Positions 18,472-27,428 of a stretch of DNA of 64,000 nt are shown here, piece after piece. The stretch comes from Pelagibacteraceae bacterium AG-349-L17 (GTDB lineage: Bacteria; Pseudomonadota; Alphaproteobacteria; Pelagibacterales; Pelagibacteraceae): contig QCDC01000006.1 in assembly GCA_003278805.1 (NCBI GenBank), forward strand, positions 24,646 to 88,645, written 5' to 3'. Position 1 is the first letter of the stretch; every line of letters begins with the position of its first letter. Under the pieces are notes generated by a model, which had not been told where the DNA came from, ran no database searches, and worked only from the letters and a program-made list of their open reading frames with translations. The position numbers were made by a program, and so were the translations under genes.

Positions 18472-19377
18472 ATGATAAAATTTAAAAATTCAGAAATTAC
18501 ACCAGAAAATATTTATAAAAAAAGAAGATCTTTCATTAAATCTATAGGTCTTGGTGCAAGCTCACTAGCTATGTCCGCTATACCTTTTGTAAATAAATCT
18601 TTAGCAAATGAGAGAGATAAATTAACAAGTTATAAAGATATTACGACTTATAATAATTATTATGAGTTTGGAACATCTAAGAGTGATCCTTATAGAAATT
18701 CTAAAATTTTTAAAACAACTCCTTGGGATATAACTATTGAGGGTGAAGTTGAAAAACCAATAAAATTATCTATGGAGGAAATCTCAGAATTGTTTATTTC
18801 TGAGGAAAGAATATATCGATTAAGATGTGTTGAAGGTTGGTCAATGGTTATTCCATGGATGGGTTTTTCTTTAAGTAAATTACTATCAAAAGTAAATCCA
18901 ACTAATAAAGCAAAATTTGTTGAATTTGAAAGTGTGTATGACCCTGCGCAAATGAAAGGTCAAAGATACCCAGTTTTAAACTGGCCATACAATGAAGGTT
19001 TAAGAATTGATGAAGCTATGCATCCATTAACAACAGTTGTGACAGGTTTATATGGTAAAAAACTCCCTAATCAAAACGGAGCACCACTAAGAATTTTTAT
19101 TCCGTGGAAGTATGGTTTTAAAAGCGCAAAAGCTATTGTTAAAATTAAATTTGTCGAAAACATGCCTACCTCATCATGGATGTGGGCTTCTCCTAGAGAA
19201 TATGGATTTTACTCAAATGTAAATCCTAATGTTAATCACCCAAGATGGTCTCAAGCAACTGAAAGAATAATAGGTGAAGGTGTTTGGGCACCTAGAGTAA
19301 AGACCTTAATGTTTAATGGTTATGGAGATCAAGTTGCAAGTCTATATAGCGGTATGGATTTAAAAAAAAATTTCTAA
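18472..19377 (+). CDS. msrP: Protein-methionine-sulfoxide reductase catalytic subunit MsrP (YedY), Moco enzyme
   Basis: Tat-type signal KKRRSFIKSIGLGASSLA, plus YRLRCVEGWSMVIPWMGF and PWKYGFKSAKAIVKI. Confidence 0.85.
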   Translation: MIKFKNSEITPENIYKKRRSFIKSIGLGASSLAMSAIPFVNKSLANERDKLTSYKDITTYNNYYEFGTSKSDPYRNSKIFKTTPWDITIEGEVEKPIKLSMEEISELFISEERIYRLRCVEGWSMVIPWMGFSLSKLLSKVNPTNKAKFVEFESVYDPAQMKGQRYPVLNWPYNEGLRIDEAMHPLTTVVTGLYGKKLPNQNGAPLRIFIPWKYGFKSAKAIVKIKFVENMPTSSWMWASPREYGFYSNVNPNVNHPRWSQATERIIGEGVWAPRVKTLMFNGYGDQVASLYSGMDLKKNF

Positions 19378-19383
19378 ATAAAA

Positions 19384-19965
19384 TTGAGAAAATATTCTAA
19401 AACTCTGGTTTTTTTTCTCTCTCTTTGGCCAATTTTTGTGATTTCTTATCAAATAATTTTTAATCAATTAGGTCCAGAGCCTGTTGATAGAATCATAAAT
19501 CACTTTGGAGAATGGACTTTGATATTTATTCTTTTAACTCTTTCAATGACACCACTTAAGAAAATCACCAAATCAGTAGAGTGGATCAAGTTTAGAAGAA
19601 TGCTTGGTTTGTTCACTTTTTTTTATGCATCTATTCATATGTTAAGTTATGTTGGTCTTGATTATAGATTTGATTTTGAGCCACTGATAAATGATGTTTT
19701 AAAGAAGAAGTTTATCTTTATAGGATTTTCAGCTTGGCTGTTGTTAATTCCACTTGCTGTAACATCATCTGAGAGGATGGTTAGACTGTTAAAACAAAAT
19801 TGGAAAAAAATTCATAGATTAACTTATATAATTGGGATTTTTGGCGTACTTCATTATATTTGGCTATCAAAAACAATATTTTTTAAACCACTAATATTTT
19901 TAATTGTTTTAATAATTCTTTTACTTTTTAGAATTAAAATTACTAGATCAGCTTCTAAAATCTGA
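19384..19965 (+). CDS. msrQ: Heme-binding membrane subunit MsrQ (YedZ)
   Basis: Ferric-reductase-like TM protein with conserved His in ASIHMLSY and VLHYIW. TTG start. Follows msrP. Confidence 0.8.
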   Translation: MRKYSKTLVFFLSLWPIFVISYQIIFNQLGPEPVDRIINHFGEWTLIFILLTLSMTPLKKITKSVEWIKFRRMLGLFTFFYASIHMLSYVGLDYRFDFEPLINDVLKKKFIFIGFSAWLLLIPLAVTSSERMVRLLKQNWKKIHRLTYIIGIFGVLHYIWLSKTIFFKPLIFLIVLIILLLFRIKITRSASKI

Positions 19966-20523
19966 AACTTTATCAAAATCTTTAAAGGATTTAAGGCTGC
20001 TTGTATTAATAAAATTTGTTCTATTTTTAAGCCTTTTCACCATAAATTTTGCTCCAAACTGACCTTTAATATTTTTAAATTTTTTTATTAAAGAAATATC
20101 AAAACCAATGGGATTACCTAATCTATTTTTATATTTTAATGCGTGGACTAAAAATTGTTTTTTTTTTATAGATCTGCAGATTTTATTTATATCTGATAGT
20201 TTAACAAATGGCATATCTGACTGTGCTACAATAAAGCCGTTGTCATTTTTAGATACTTTTTTTAATCCCATTTTTATAGAAGAGGCCATTCCTTTTTTAT
20301 AGTTTTTGTTATATGTAAAAATAATCTTTTTATTTTTTTTAATTATTTTTTTAACTTCTTTAAATTGATGACCAAGAACTATAATAATTTTATTTGCTTT
20401 ACTTTTTGTTAATACATTTAATGAATAATTTATTAACGGTTTATTTTTATATAACTTAATAAGTTTATTTTCTGATTTCATTCTTTTTGATTGGCCAGCC
20501 GCAAGTAATATTGCTTTAATCAC
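19948..20523 (-). CDS. MobA-like nucleotidyltransferase, probable Moco cytidylyltransferase (MocA-like)
   Basis: ILLAAGQSKRM N-terminal motif and SDMPFV. It is the last gene of the cox/xdhC operon. Confidence 0.65.
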   Translation of the reverse strand: MIKAILLAAGQSKRMKSENKLIKLYKNKPLINYSLNVLTKSKANKIIIVLGHQFKEVKKIIKKNKKIIFTYNKNYKKGMASSIKMGLKKVSKNDNGFIVAQSDMPFVKLSDINKICRSIKKKQFLVHALKYKNRLGNPIGFDISLIKKFKNIKGQFGAKFMVKRLKNRTNFINTSSLKSFKDFDKVSDFRS

Positions 20524-21200
20524 TTTTTATAAGTTTCTGATACTAATTGAGCTATAATAGATAAAGCAATTTCTGGAGCAGATTTACCACCAAGCTTAAT
20601 TCCAATTGGTCCGTGAATTGAATTAATTTCATCATTATTAAATCCAGCTTCGGCTAATCTTTGACATCTATTTTCGTGAGTTTTTTTACTACCAAGTGCT
20701 CCAATATAATAAAATTTATTTTTTAATGCGTATTGCAAAGCAGGATCATCTATTTTTGGATCATGTGTTAAAGCTATTAAGGCTGTACTTGAATTTGTTT
20801 CAATTTCTTCAAAAGCTTCTTTTGGCCATTTGTTAATAACTTTAATTTCAGGAAATCTTTGCTCAGATGCAAAATATCCTCTTGGATCTACGATACTAAT
20901 TTCAAAATTTAAACTTTTTGCAAAATCAACTAAATATTGTGCAATATGCACAGCCCCAACAATAATTACTTTTATTGGTTTTATATAAGTTTCAACAAAT
21001 ATCTCTGAATTTTCTATAACGCCGTTTTTTTTTGATTTAAAAAAATTTTCTATTTCATTAGCATATTTTGAAAATTCTCCTTTTGGAGAAGTACCAGGTA
21101 AATAAATTTCACTATCACCATTTTCTAAATTTGTAAGAATTGCAAACTCAGTTTTTGATGATTTTTTTTTTAATATTTCTTCAAGTGTTATAATTTTCAT
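20520..21200 (-). CDS. XdhC/CoxI family accessory protein, Rossmann-like C-terminal part
   Basis: VIIVGAVHIAQYL NAD-like fold, LTHDPKIDDPAL and IHGPIGIKLGGKSAPEIALSIIAQL. Confidence 0.7.
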   Translation of the reverse strand: MKIITLEEILKKKSSKTEFAILTNLENGDSEIYLPGTSPKGEFSKYANEIENFFKSKKNGVIENSEIFVETYIKPIKVIIVGAVHIAQYLVDFAKSLNFEISIVDPRGYFASEQRFPEIKVINKWPKEAFEEIETNSSTALIALTHDPKIDDPALQYALKNKFYYIGALGSKKTHENRCQRLAEAGFNNDEINSIHGPIGIKLGGKSAPEIALSIIAQLVSETYKK

Positions 21201-21529
21201 TAGTGTATCTGCTCAATATATACCGCTATCTCTCCACCACATGCTAGACCCACTTCCCACGCGCTCTCATTCGAAACTTTAAACTCTATTTTTTTACAAG
21301 GCTTGTTGTCTTTAATTAATGATAGACATTCGCTTACAACTGCAGACTCCACACATCCTCCAGAAACTGATCCTGAAAAATCTCCTTTTTCGTTCACAAT
21401 CATTCTGCTACCAACCTGTCTAGGTGATGATCCCCATGTTTGAATTACAGTTGCTAAAACTACTTTTTGATTAGCTTTGATCCAATCTTTAGCTTCATCT
21501 AAAATTTTCTCATCAAATGAATTTTTCAT
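21200..21529 (-). CDS. XdhC/CoxI family accessory protein, N-terminal domain only
   Basis: VVLATVIQTWGSSPRQVGSRMIV and GSVSGGCVE motifs of the XdhC_CoxI domain. 109 aa. 1-nt overlap with the next ORF. Confidence 0.7.
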   Translation of the reverse strand: MKNSFDEKILDEAKDWIKANQKVVLATVIQTWGSSPRQVGSRMIVNEKGDFSGSVSGGCVESAVVSECLSLIKDNKPCKKIEFKVSNESAWEVGLACGGEIAVYIEQIH

Positions 21530-21550
21530 CTGATAAAATATAGTTTCTAA

Positions 21551-22336
21551 CTAACAAGCATCAACAGCTTTTTTAGCCTGAGTGACAACTAAACTGGCTC
21601 TAAAATCTGCAGAAGCATGCATATCAGAGTTCATTTCTGAACTATCTAGATCCATTCCATCTATTGAAGAAGAGGAAAAATTACCTGTTAGAGCTTTCGA
21701 CATTTCTTTATCATTATAAACACATGATTTTGCACCAGTAACTGCAACGTTTACATCTCCTTTATGTTTGGCAACATATACTCCAACGATTGCATATCTA
21801 GATGCAGGATTAGGATGTTTTTGATAGCTAGATTTTTCTGGTATTTGAAATTCTATTGCTTCTATTAACTCACCCTTTTTTAAAGCTGTCTCAAACATTC
21901 CTTTAAAAAACTTAGCCGCTTCAATTTTTCTTTCATTCGTATGTATTGTTGCGTTTAAAGCAATACAGGCTGATGGATAATCTGCTGATGGATCATTGTT
22001 CGCTATTGACCCACCTATCGTTCCTCTATTTCTAACTTGAGGATCACCAATTCCTTCAGCCAAACTAGATAATGATGGAATTGCTTTTTTTACATCTTTA
22101 GAATTTGAAACTTCAACATGTTTAGTTGCAGCTCCAATTGTAACTGACTTGCCACTTACTTTTATACCACTTAATTTTTTAATATTTTTTATATCAATTA
22201 AATCTTTGTAAGTAGCCAATCCTAATTTCATTGAAGGAATAGTAGTCATTCCTCCTGCTAAAAAAGCAGAACTAGATGAAGCAAGTTTAGATGCCTCTTT
22301 ACTATCTTTTGCTGAATGATAATTAAAATCTTTCAT
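21551..22336 (-). CDS. coxM: Molybdenum hydroxylase FAD-binding medium subunit (CoxM-like)
   Basis: LAGGMTTIPSMKL and NRGTIGGSIANNDPSADYP FAD-binding motifs. SD taggagg upstream. Confidence 0.8.
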   Translation of the reverse strand: MKDFNYHSAKDSKEASKLASSSSAFLAGGMTTIPSMKLGLATYKDLIDIKNIKKLSGIKVSGKSVTIGAATKHVEVSNSKDVKKAIPSLSSLAEGIGDPQVRNRGTIGGSIANNDPSADYPSACIALNATIHTNERKIEAAKFFKGMFETALKKGELIEAIEFQIPEKSSYQKHPNPASRYAIVGVYVAKHKGDVNVAVTGAKSCVYNDKEMSKALTGNFSSSSIDGMDLDSSEMNSDMHASADFRASLVVTQAKKAVDAC

Positions 22337-22343
22337 AAACCTC

Positions 22344-24722
22344 CTATGCTGCTTTTGCGTTAGATTTTTTTAGATTTTTACAAGCCTTCCACACTTTTTC
22401 AGCAGTAGCTGGCATAGTAACTTCCTGTCCACCTAAAGCATCAATAACGGCATTCATTACTGTTGGTGGAGCCGCTATAGCTCCTGCTTCTCCACAACCT
22501 TTAACTCCTAAAGGATTTGTGGTTGCATGTGTACAAGTATAACCAATGTTGAACTCAGGAAAATTATCTGCACGTGGCATCGTATAATCCATATAAGATC
22601 CAGTCATCAACTGACCTGTTTCATCATACTCTGCATTTTCATACAATGCTTGACCAATACCTTGAGCAAGACCACCATGAACTTGTCCTTCGACAACCAT
22701 TGGATTAATTATTCTTCCAAAATCATCACAAGCTGTATACTTTTCTAGCTTCACATGACCTGTTTCTGGATCTATCTCAACTTCAGCAATATGTGTTCCT
22801 GCTGGAAAAGAAAAGTTTGAAGGATCATAAAAAGAAGTTTCTTTTAAACCAGGCTCATCACCCTCTGGCAATGGAGATTTCATTTCATCTCTTACACCCG
22901 GTAAATAACAAGCAAAAGCTACTTCTCCTATTGTTTTCTTTTTATTTGATTTAGAAACAATAAATTCACCATCTTTAAACTCAACATCTTCTGGATTTGC
23001 CTCTAACATTTTTGCTGTAACTCTTTTACCTTTTTCAACTATTTTTTTACAAGCATTAACAATTGCGATACCACCAACAGCTAAAGATCTAGAACCGTAT
23101 GTTCCCATACCAAATGTTCCTTTATCTGTATCTCCATGAACTATATCTATATTTTCTATTGGTACACCTAACTCATCAGCTGCTATTTGAGCAAAAGTTG
23201 TTTGGTGACTTTGTCCATGACTATGTGAACCTGTGTAAACAGTGACTTGTCCAGTTGGATTAAATCTAACCTCTGCAGATTCCCATAATCCAACTCCACA
23301 TCCTAAAGACATTACAGCAGCCGAAGGAGCAATACCGCATGCTTCAAAATATGAAGTAACACCTATTCCTCTTAGTTTTCCTTTGGCTTCAGACTCTTTT
23401 CTTCTTGCGTCAAAACCTTTGTAGTCTGCCATCTGTTTTGCCTTTTCCATTCCAGCAACATAATCGCCAGAATCTACAGTATGAACTAATGTTTGTTTAA
23501 AAGGAAATGCTGTAGGGAAATTTTTAATTCTAAGTTCAGTTTTATCTATACCTAATTCCATTGAAGCTTTTTCAACTAATCTTTCAATAGTGTATGTAGC
23601 CTCTGGTCTTCCTGCACCTCTATAAGCATCTACTGGAGCTGTATTTGTATATACAGCTTTGACATTTGTATAAGCTGCTGGAATTTCATAAACTCCAGTT
23701 GCGCAAGGGCCAAATAAATAAGTTGGAGTCACTGTGCCGAATACTCGAGCATAAGCTCCAAGGTTTGCTATAGTCTCATTTTTAAAACCAAGAAACTTCC
23801 CATCTTTAGTAACCGCTAATTCTGCATGAGTTACATGATCTCTTCCATGTATGTCAGTTAAAAAAGACTCTGATCTTTCTGCAACCCACTTTATAGCTCT
23901 ATTAATTTTTTTAGCTGCCCAGCTACAAACAATATCTTCGTTGTAGACATTAATTTTTGAACCAAAACCACCGCCAACATCTGGAGCTACAACTCTTAAC
24001 TTATGTTCAGGAGCTACATTTCCAAAAGCAGACATTATCAATCTTGATAAATGTGGATTTTGACTTGTTGTATATAAAGTAATCTCTTCAGATGCTGCAT
24101 TGTAATCGGCAACACATGCTCTTGGCTCCATTGCATTTGGAATTAATCTATTATTAATGATATCAATAGAAATTACTTTATCGGCCTTATCAAATGCTTC
24201 TTTGACTTTTTGTCTATCGCCTAACAACCAGTCAAAACAAAGATTTTTATCGATGCCTTCATGAATAGTATCTCCGTTCATAGCATCTGCAGTACTTGTG
24301 ACTGCTTTTAATACTTTGTAATCAACTTCAACTTTTTCTGCAGCTTCTTTTGCTTCTGCTAAACTTTCAGCAATTACAACTGCAACAGGATCTCCAACAA
24401 AATTTACATTATCTTTAGCTAGCGGAGGGTTTCCAGGACATTTCATTTCTGTACCATCTTCACTTCTGATTGCCCAGCCCGCAATTAAACCTCCAATTTT
24501 ATCATCTGCTATTTCTTTGCCTGTAAGTATGCTTACTACTCCTGATGATTTTAAAGCTTTATCAATATTTAATTTTTTAATAGATGCTCTTGCATGTGGA
24601 GACCTAACAAAAATTGCATAAGTTTGATTTGCTAAATTAATATCTGCTGTATATCTACCTTTACCAGTTAAAAATCTTTTATCCTCTTTTCTCTCAACTC
24701 TAGAACCTACTAAACTTGCCAT
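22344..24722 (-). CDS. coxL: Molybdopterin-binding large subunit, form-II CoxL-like (aerobic CODH/xanthine dehydrogenase family)
   Basis: 792 aa, N-terminus RVERKEDKRFLTGKGRYT, and active-site loop VDAYRGAGRPE (AYRGAGR is the form-II signature, not the form-I AYxCSFR). Confidence 0.85.
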   Translation of the reverse strand: MASLVGSRVERKEDKRFLTGKGRYTADINLANQTYAIFVRSPHARASIKKLNIDKALKSSGVVSILTGKEIADDKIGGLIAGWAIRSEDGTEMKCPGNPPLAKDNVNFVGDPVAVVIAESLAEAKEAAEKVEVDYKVLKAVTSTADAMNGDTIHEGIDKNLCFDWLLGDRQKVKEAFDKADKVISIDIINNRLIPNAMEPRACVADYNAASEEITLYTTSQNPHLSRLIMSAFGNVAPEHKLRVVAPDVGGGFGSKINVYNEDIVCSWAAKKINRAIKWVAERSESFLTDIHGRDHVTHAELAVTKDGKFLGFKNETIANLGAYARVFGTVTPTYLFGPCATGVYEIPAAYTNVKAVYTNTAPVDAYRGAGRPEATYTIERLVEKASMELGIDKTELRIKNFPTAFPFKQTLVHTVDSGDYVAGMEKAKQMADYKGFDARRKESEAKGKLRGIGVTSYFEACGIAPSAAVMSLGCGVGLWESAEVRFNPTGQVTVYTGSHSHGQSHQTTFAQIAADELGVPIENIDIVHGDTDKGTFGMGTYGSRSLAVGGIAIVNACKKIVEKGKRVTAKMLEANPEDVEFKDGEFIVSKSNKKKTIGEVAFACYLPGVRDEMKSPLPEGDEPGLKETSFYDPSNFSFPAGTHIAEVEIDPETGHVKLEKYTACDDFGRIINPMVVEGQVHGGLAQGIGQALYENAEYDETGQLMTGSYMDYTMPRADNFPEFNIGYTCTHATTNPLGVKGCGEAGAIAAPPTVMNAVIDALGGQEVTMPATAEKVWKACKNLKKSNAKAA

Positions 24723-24742
24723 TTTATATTTCCTCCTTAAAA

Positions 24743-25204
24743 TTACATTTTTGTTGCTGCTTCTTTAACTGCTGAAACAATATTTTGATAACCAGTACAT
24801 CTACAAATATTTCCCTCTAACCAATCTCTAATTTCTGTATCTGATGGTTTTTTATTTTTTTGTAAAAGATCAACTGCGCTCATAACCATTCCTGGAGTAC
24901 AAAAACCACACTGTAAGCCATGAAGTTTTTTGAACGCTTCCTGCATTGGATGCATTTTTCCATTTGTTTCTAAACCCTCAATTGTTGTAACTTTTGATCC
25001 ATTAACATCAGCTGCTAAAGCCGTACAACTTTTTAAAGAATTTCCATCAACATGAACTACACATGCTCCGCATTGACTAGTGTCACATCCAATATGTGTA
25101 CCTGTTAACTGTAAATGCTCTCTTAAAAATGTAGATAGTAAAGTGTTATCTGAAGCCTCTTTTTCGACTTTTCTTCCATTAACTTCTAGTGAAATTTTAC
25201 CCAT
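24743..25204 (-). CDS. coxS: [2Fe-2S] small subunit (CoxS-like)
   Basis: [16 protein letters not shown] and [11 protein letters not shown]...[11 protein letters not shown] cluster motifs. I prefer the ATG at 25204 with SD aaaggagag over the track start at 25249. Confidence 0.85.
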   Translation of the reverse strand: MGKISLEVNGRKVEKEASDNTLLSTFLREHLQLTGTHIGCDTSQCGACVVHVDGNSLKSCTALAADVNGSKVTTIEGLETNGKMHPMQEAFKKLHGLQCGFCTPGMVMSAVDLLQKNKKPSDTEIRDWLEGNICRCTGYQNIVSAVKEAATKM

Positions 25205-25300
25205 AATCTCTCCTTTAATTAATATCTTTACCCAATAAGATTTAAACATTTTGGGAATATAAAGGCAACTATCAAATTTAAACTCTAGTAAAACTAGAAT

Positions 25301-25867
25301 TTATTTTAAAAATATCCAATAAATTAAGAAAATTCCTAGAACTACTGCGGCAGTTAAATATCTATAATTAATTTTTGACACAGGTGCTTTTTGATCGTCG
25401 GACTCAGCTATCTCACTTGATTCATTTTTTTCAGAAGAAATTAATTCAGAAAATTTACCAAAAAATATATCTGCCATTTTTTTTGCTGTCATATCTATAA
25501 GTCGTGAACCTACTTGTGCAATTTTACCGCCTACTTGTGCTTCAACAGAATAAATTAAATTTGTTCCATTGTCTGTATCCTCAAGTTTAACTTCAGCTTC
25601 TCCTGAAGCAAAGCCAACTAGAGAGTTTCCAGATCCTAATATTTTATAGCTGTTAGGAGGGTTTAAATCTTTTAACTCAATATCGCCAGAAAATGTTGCA
25701 TTAAAAGGTCCAATTTTATTTGTAGCTTTTGCAGAAAATTCAGTTTCAGATTTTTTATTAAACTCTTCACATCCAGGGATTGCTTGTTTTAATATTTCTG
25801 GATCATTTAATGCTTCCCAAACTTTTTGTTTTTCTAAATTAATTTTATAAGATCCTGTTAATTTCAT
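25301..25867 (-). CDS. coxG: CoxG-like SRPBCC protein with a C-terminal membrane anchor
   Basis: N-terminus MKLTGSYKINLEKQKVWEALNDPEIL...GCEEF is typical of CoxG. The C-terminal hydrophobic helix is LTAAVVLGIFLIYWIFL. Confidence 0.7.
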   Translation of the reverse strand: MKLTGSYKINLEKQKVWEALNDPEILKQAIPGCEEFNKKSETEFSAKATNKIGPFNATFSGDIELKDLNPPNSYKILGSGNSLVGFASGEAEVKLEDTDNGTNLIYSVEAQVGGKIAQVGSRLIDMTAKKMADIFFGKFSELISSEKNESSEIAESDDQKAPVSKINYRYLTAAVVLGIFLIYWIFLK

Positions 25868-25888
25868 AAATTAAACATATAATAAATT

Positions 25889-26134
25889 ATGGACGAAAAT
25901 ACAAAAAAAGAATTACAATCTGCAGCTTTTGAAAGATTAATTTCTCATCTTAGAGAAAGAAAAGATGTGCAAAATATTGATCTAATGAATCTTGCGGGTT
26001 TTTGTAGAAACTGTCTTTCTAAATGGTACCGAGAAGAAGCTGGAAAGAAAGGTATAGAAATTTCAGATCCTGATGCAAGAGAGCATGTTTATGGGATGCC
26101 TTATTCCGAATGGAAAGATAAATATCAAAAATAA
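25889..26134 (+). CDS. DUF1244 domain-containing protein
   Basis: The 81-aa sequence ...AAFERLISHLRERKDVQNIDLMNLAGFCRNCLSKWY...YGMPYSEWK matches my recollection of the DUF1244 family. Confidence 0.6.
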   Translation: MDENTKKELQSAAFERLISHLRERKDVQNIDLMNLAGFCRNCLSKWYREEAGKKGIEISDPDAREHVYGMPYSEWKDKYQK

Positions 26135-26635
26135 TTATTTCTCTTTAAGTCTAGGAAATAATTCTACAAAATTACAAGGTTTGTGATTTATATCTAGTTG
26201 ATGCTTTAATATTCCATCCCATGCATCAGTAACACCTCCAGAAGATCCGGGTAATGCAAATATATATTTTCCATTTGATAAAGCTGCACAGGCTCTTGAT
26301 TGTATAGAGGATGTTCCAACCGTTTTTAAGCTTATTGTTCTAAAAACTTCTCCAAATCCAGGAATATGTTTATCTGCAATTTCGTCAATCGCTTCAGGAG
26401 TTATATCTCTTCCGGTTAAACCTGTTCCTCCAGTAGTTATTATTACATCTATATTTTTTTGATCTGTCCATTCTTTTAAGATTTTAACAATATCCTCTTT
26501 ATTATCTTTGCAAATTTTTCTATCAATTAATTGATGTTTAGCTTCTTTAATTTTTTCAACCAAGATTGCACCTGATTTATCATTATCAAAAGTTCTAGTA
26601 TCTGTTACAGTTAATAAAGCTATATTTACATCCAT
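26135..26635 (-). CDS. moaB: Molybdenum cofactor biosynthesis protein MoaB (MoaB/MogA family)
   Basis: IALLTVTDTR, IITTGGTGLTGRDITPEA and PGSSGG motifs. 166 aa. Confidence 0.8.
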   Translation of the reverse strand: MDVNIALLTVTDTRTFDNDKSGAILVEKIKEAKHQLIDRKICKDNKEDIVKILKEWTDQKNIDVIITTGGTGLTGRDITPEAIDEIADKHIPGFGEVFRTISLKTVGTSSIQSRACAALSNGKYIFALPGSSGGVTDAWDGILKHQLDINHKPCNFVELFPRLKEK

Positions 26636-26644
26636 AATTTAAAA

Positions 26645-27391
26645 ATGATTATATTATCAATTCTTTTCTTTGTAACTGCATTAATATACTCAAGTGTTGG
26701 TTTTGGGGGAGGCTCAACATATCTTGCAATACTTTTAATTTGGGGTGTACCTTACACAATATTTCCCGTTATAGCTCTTGTATGTAATATTATTGTTGTA
26801 TCTGGTAATTCTATCAATTTTATAAGATCTAAAAATATAAATATTAATTTACTTTTTCCTTATTTAATTGGCTCTATTCCTTTTGCATTTATTGGAGGAT
26901 CAATAACAATTGAAAAAAGTTTATTTGAGATTTTATTATTTTGTGTTTTGTTAGTTGCAGGCATTTTTTTATTAATTGAAAGTAAATCTTTTAATAAAGA
27001 GCAAATTAAAATTAATAAAATACCAAGATTAATCTCAATTTCTATTGGATCGATAATTGGCTTTATGTCAGGGTTAGTAGGTATTGGTGGAGGAATTTTT
27101 TTAAGCCCTTTTCTATTTTTAATGAAAGCTGGATACCCTAGACATATCACCAGTAGTGCATCTTTGTTTATTTTAATAAATTCTATCTTTGGAATAGCTG
27201 GACAGCTGACAAAAGATCAGGTTTTAGATCAGGTTACTAACTATTGGCCATTGTTTTTAGCGGTGCTTATTGGAGGACAAATTGGTAGCTTATTAAACAT
27301 TAAATTTTTATCGAATAAAATTTTGGCTCTACTAACTTCTTTTCTTGTAATTTTTGTCGCAATAAGAATGGGGATAAAACTTATTGCTTAA
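26645..27391 (+). CDS. TauE/SafE family sulfite/anion exporter
   Basis: Eight-TM-like protein with duplicated VGFGGGSTYLAILL / VGIGGGIFLSPFL motifs. Confidence 0.8.
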   Translation: MIILSILFFVTALIYSSVGFGGGSTYLAILLIWGVPYTIFPVIALVCNIIVVSGNSINFIRSKNININLLFPYLIGSIPFAFIGGSITIEKSLFEILLFCVLLVAGIFLLIESKSFNKEQIKINKIPRLISISIGSIIGFMSGLVGIGGGIFLSPFLFLMKAGYPRHITSSASLFILINSIFGIAGQLTKDQVLDQVTNYWPLFLAVLIGGQIGSLLNIKFLSNKILALLTSFLVIFVAIRMGIKLIA

Positions 27392-27428
27392 TCTTGAATA
27401 AATATGCTTTTAATATATTTAAAGCATT

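Noticed and set aside
25284-25298. Small inverted repeat TCTAGT-aaa-ACTAGA between coxG and coxS.
   Set aside because: It is only 6 bp with a 3-nt loop and no U-tract, so it is too weak to call a terminator or operator. It could arise by chance in AT-rich sequence.
27392-27428. Possible SAM-type (SAM-II/SAM-V) riboswitch ahead of the homocysteine methyltransferase unit.
   Set aside because: Only 37 nt are available, and the methyltransferase start is fused to the upstream ORF. The single 7-bp AT-rich hairpin lacks the pseudoknot-forming elements of those aptamers.
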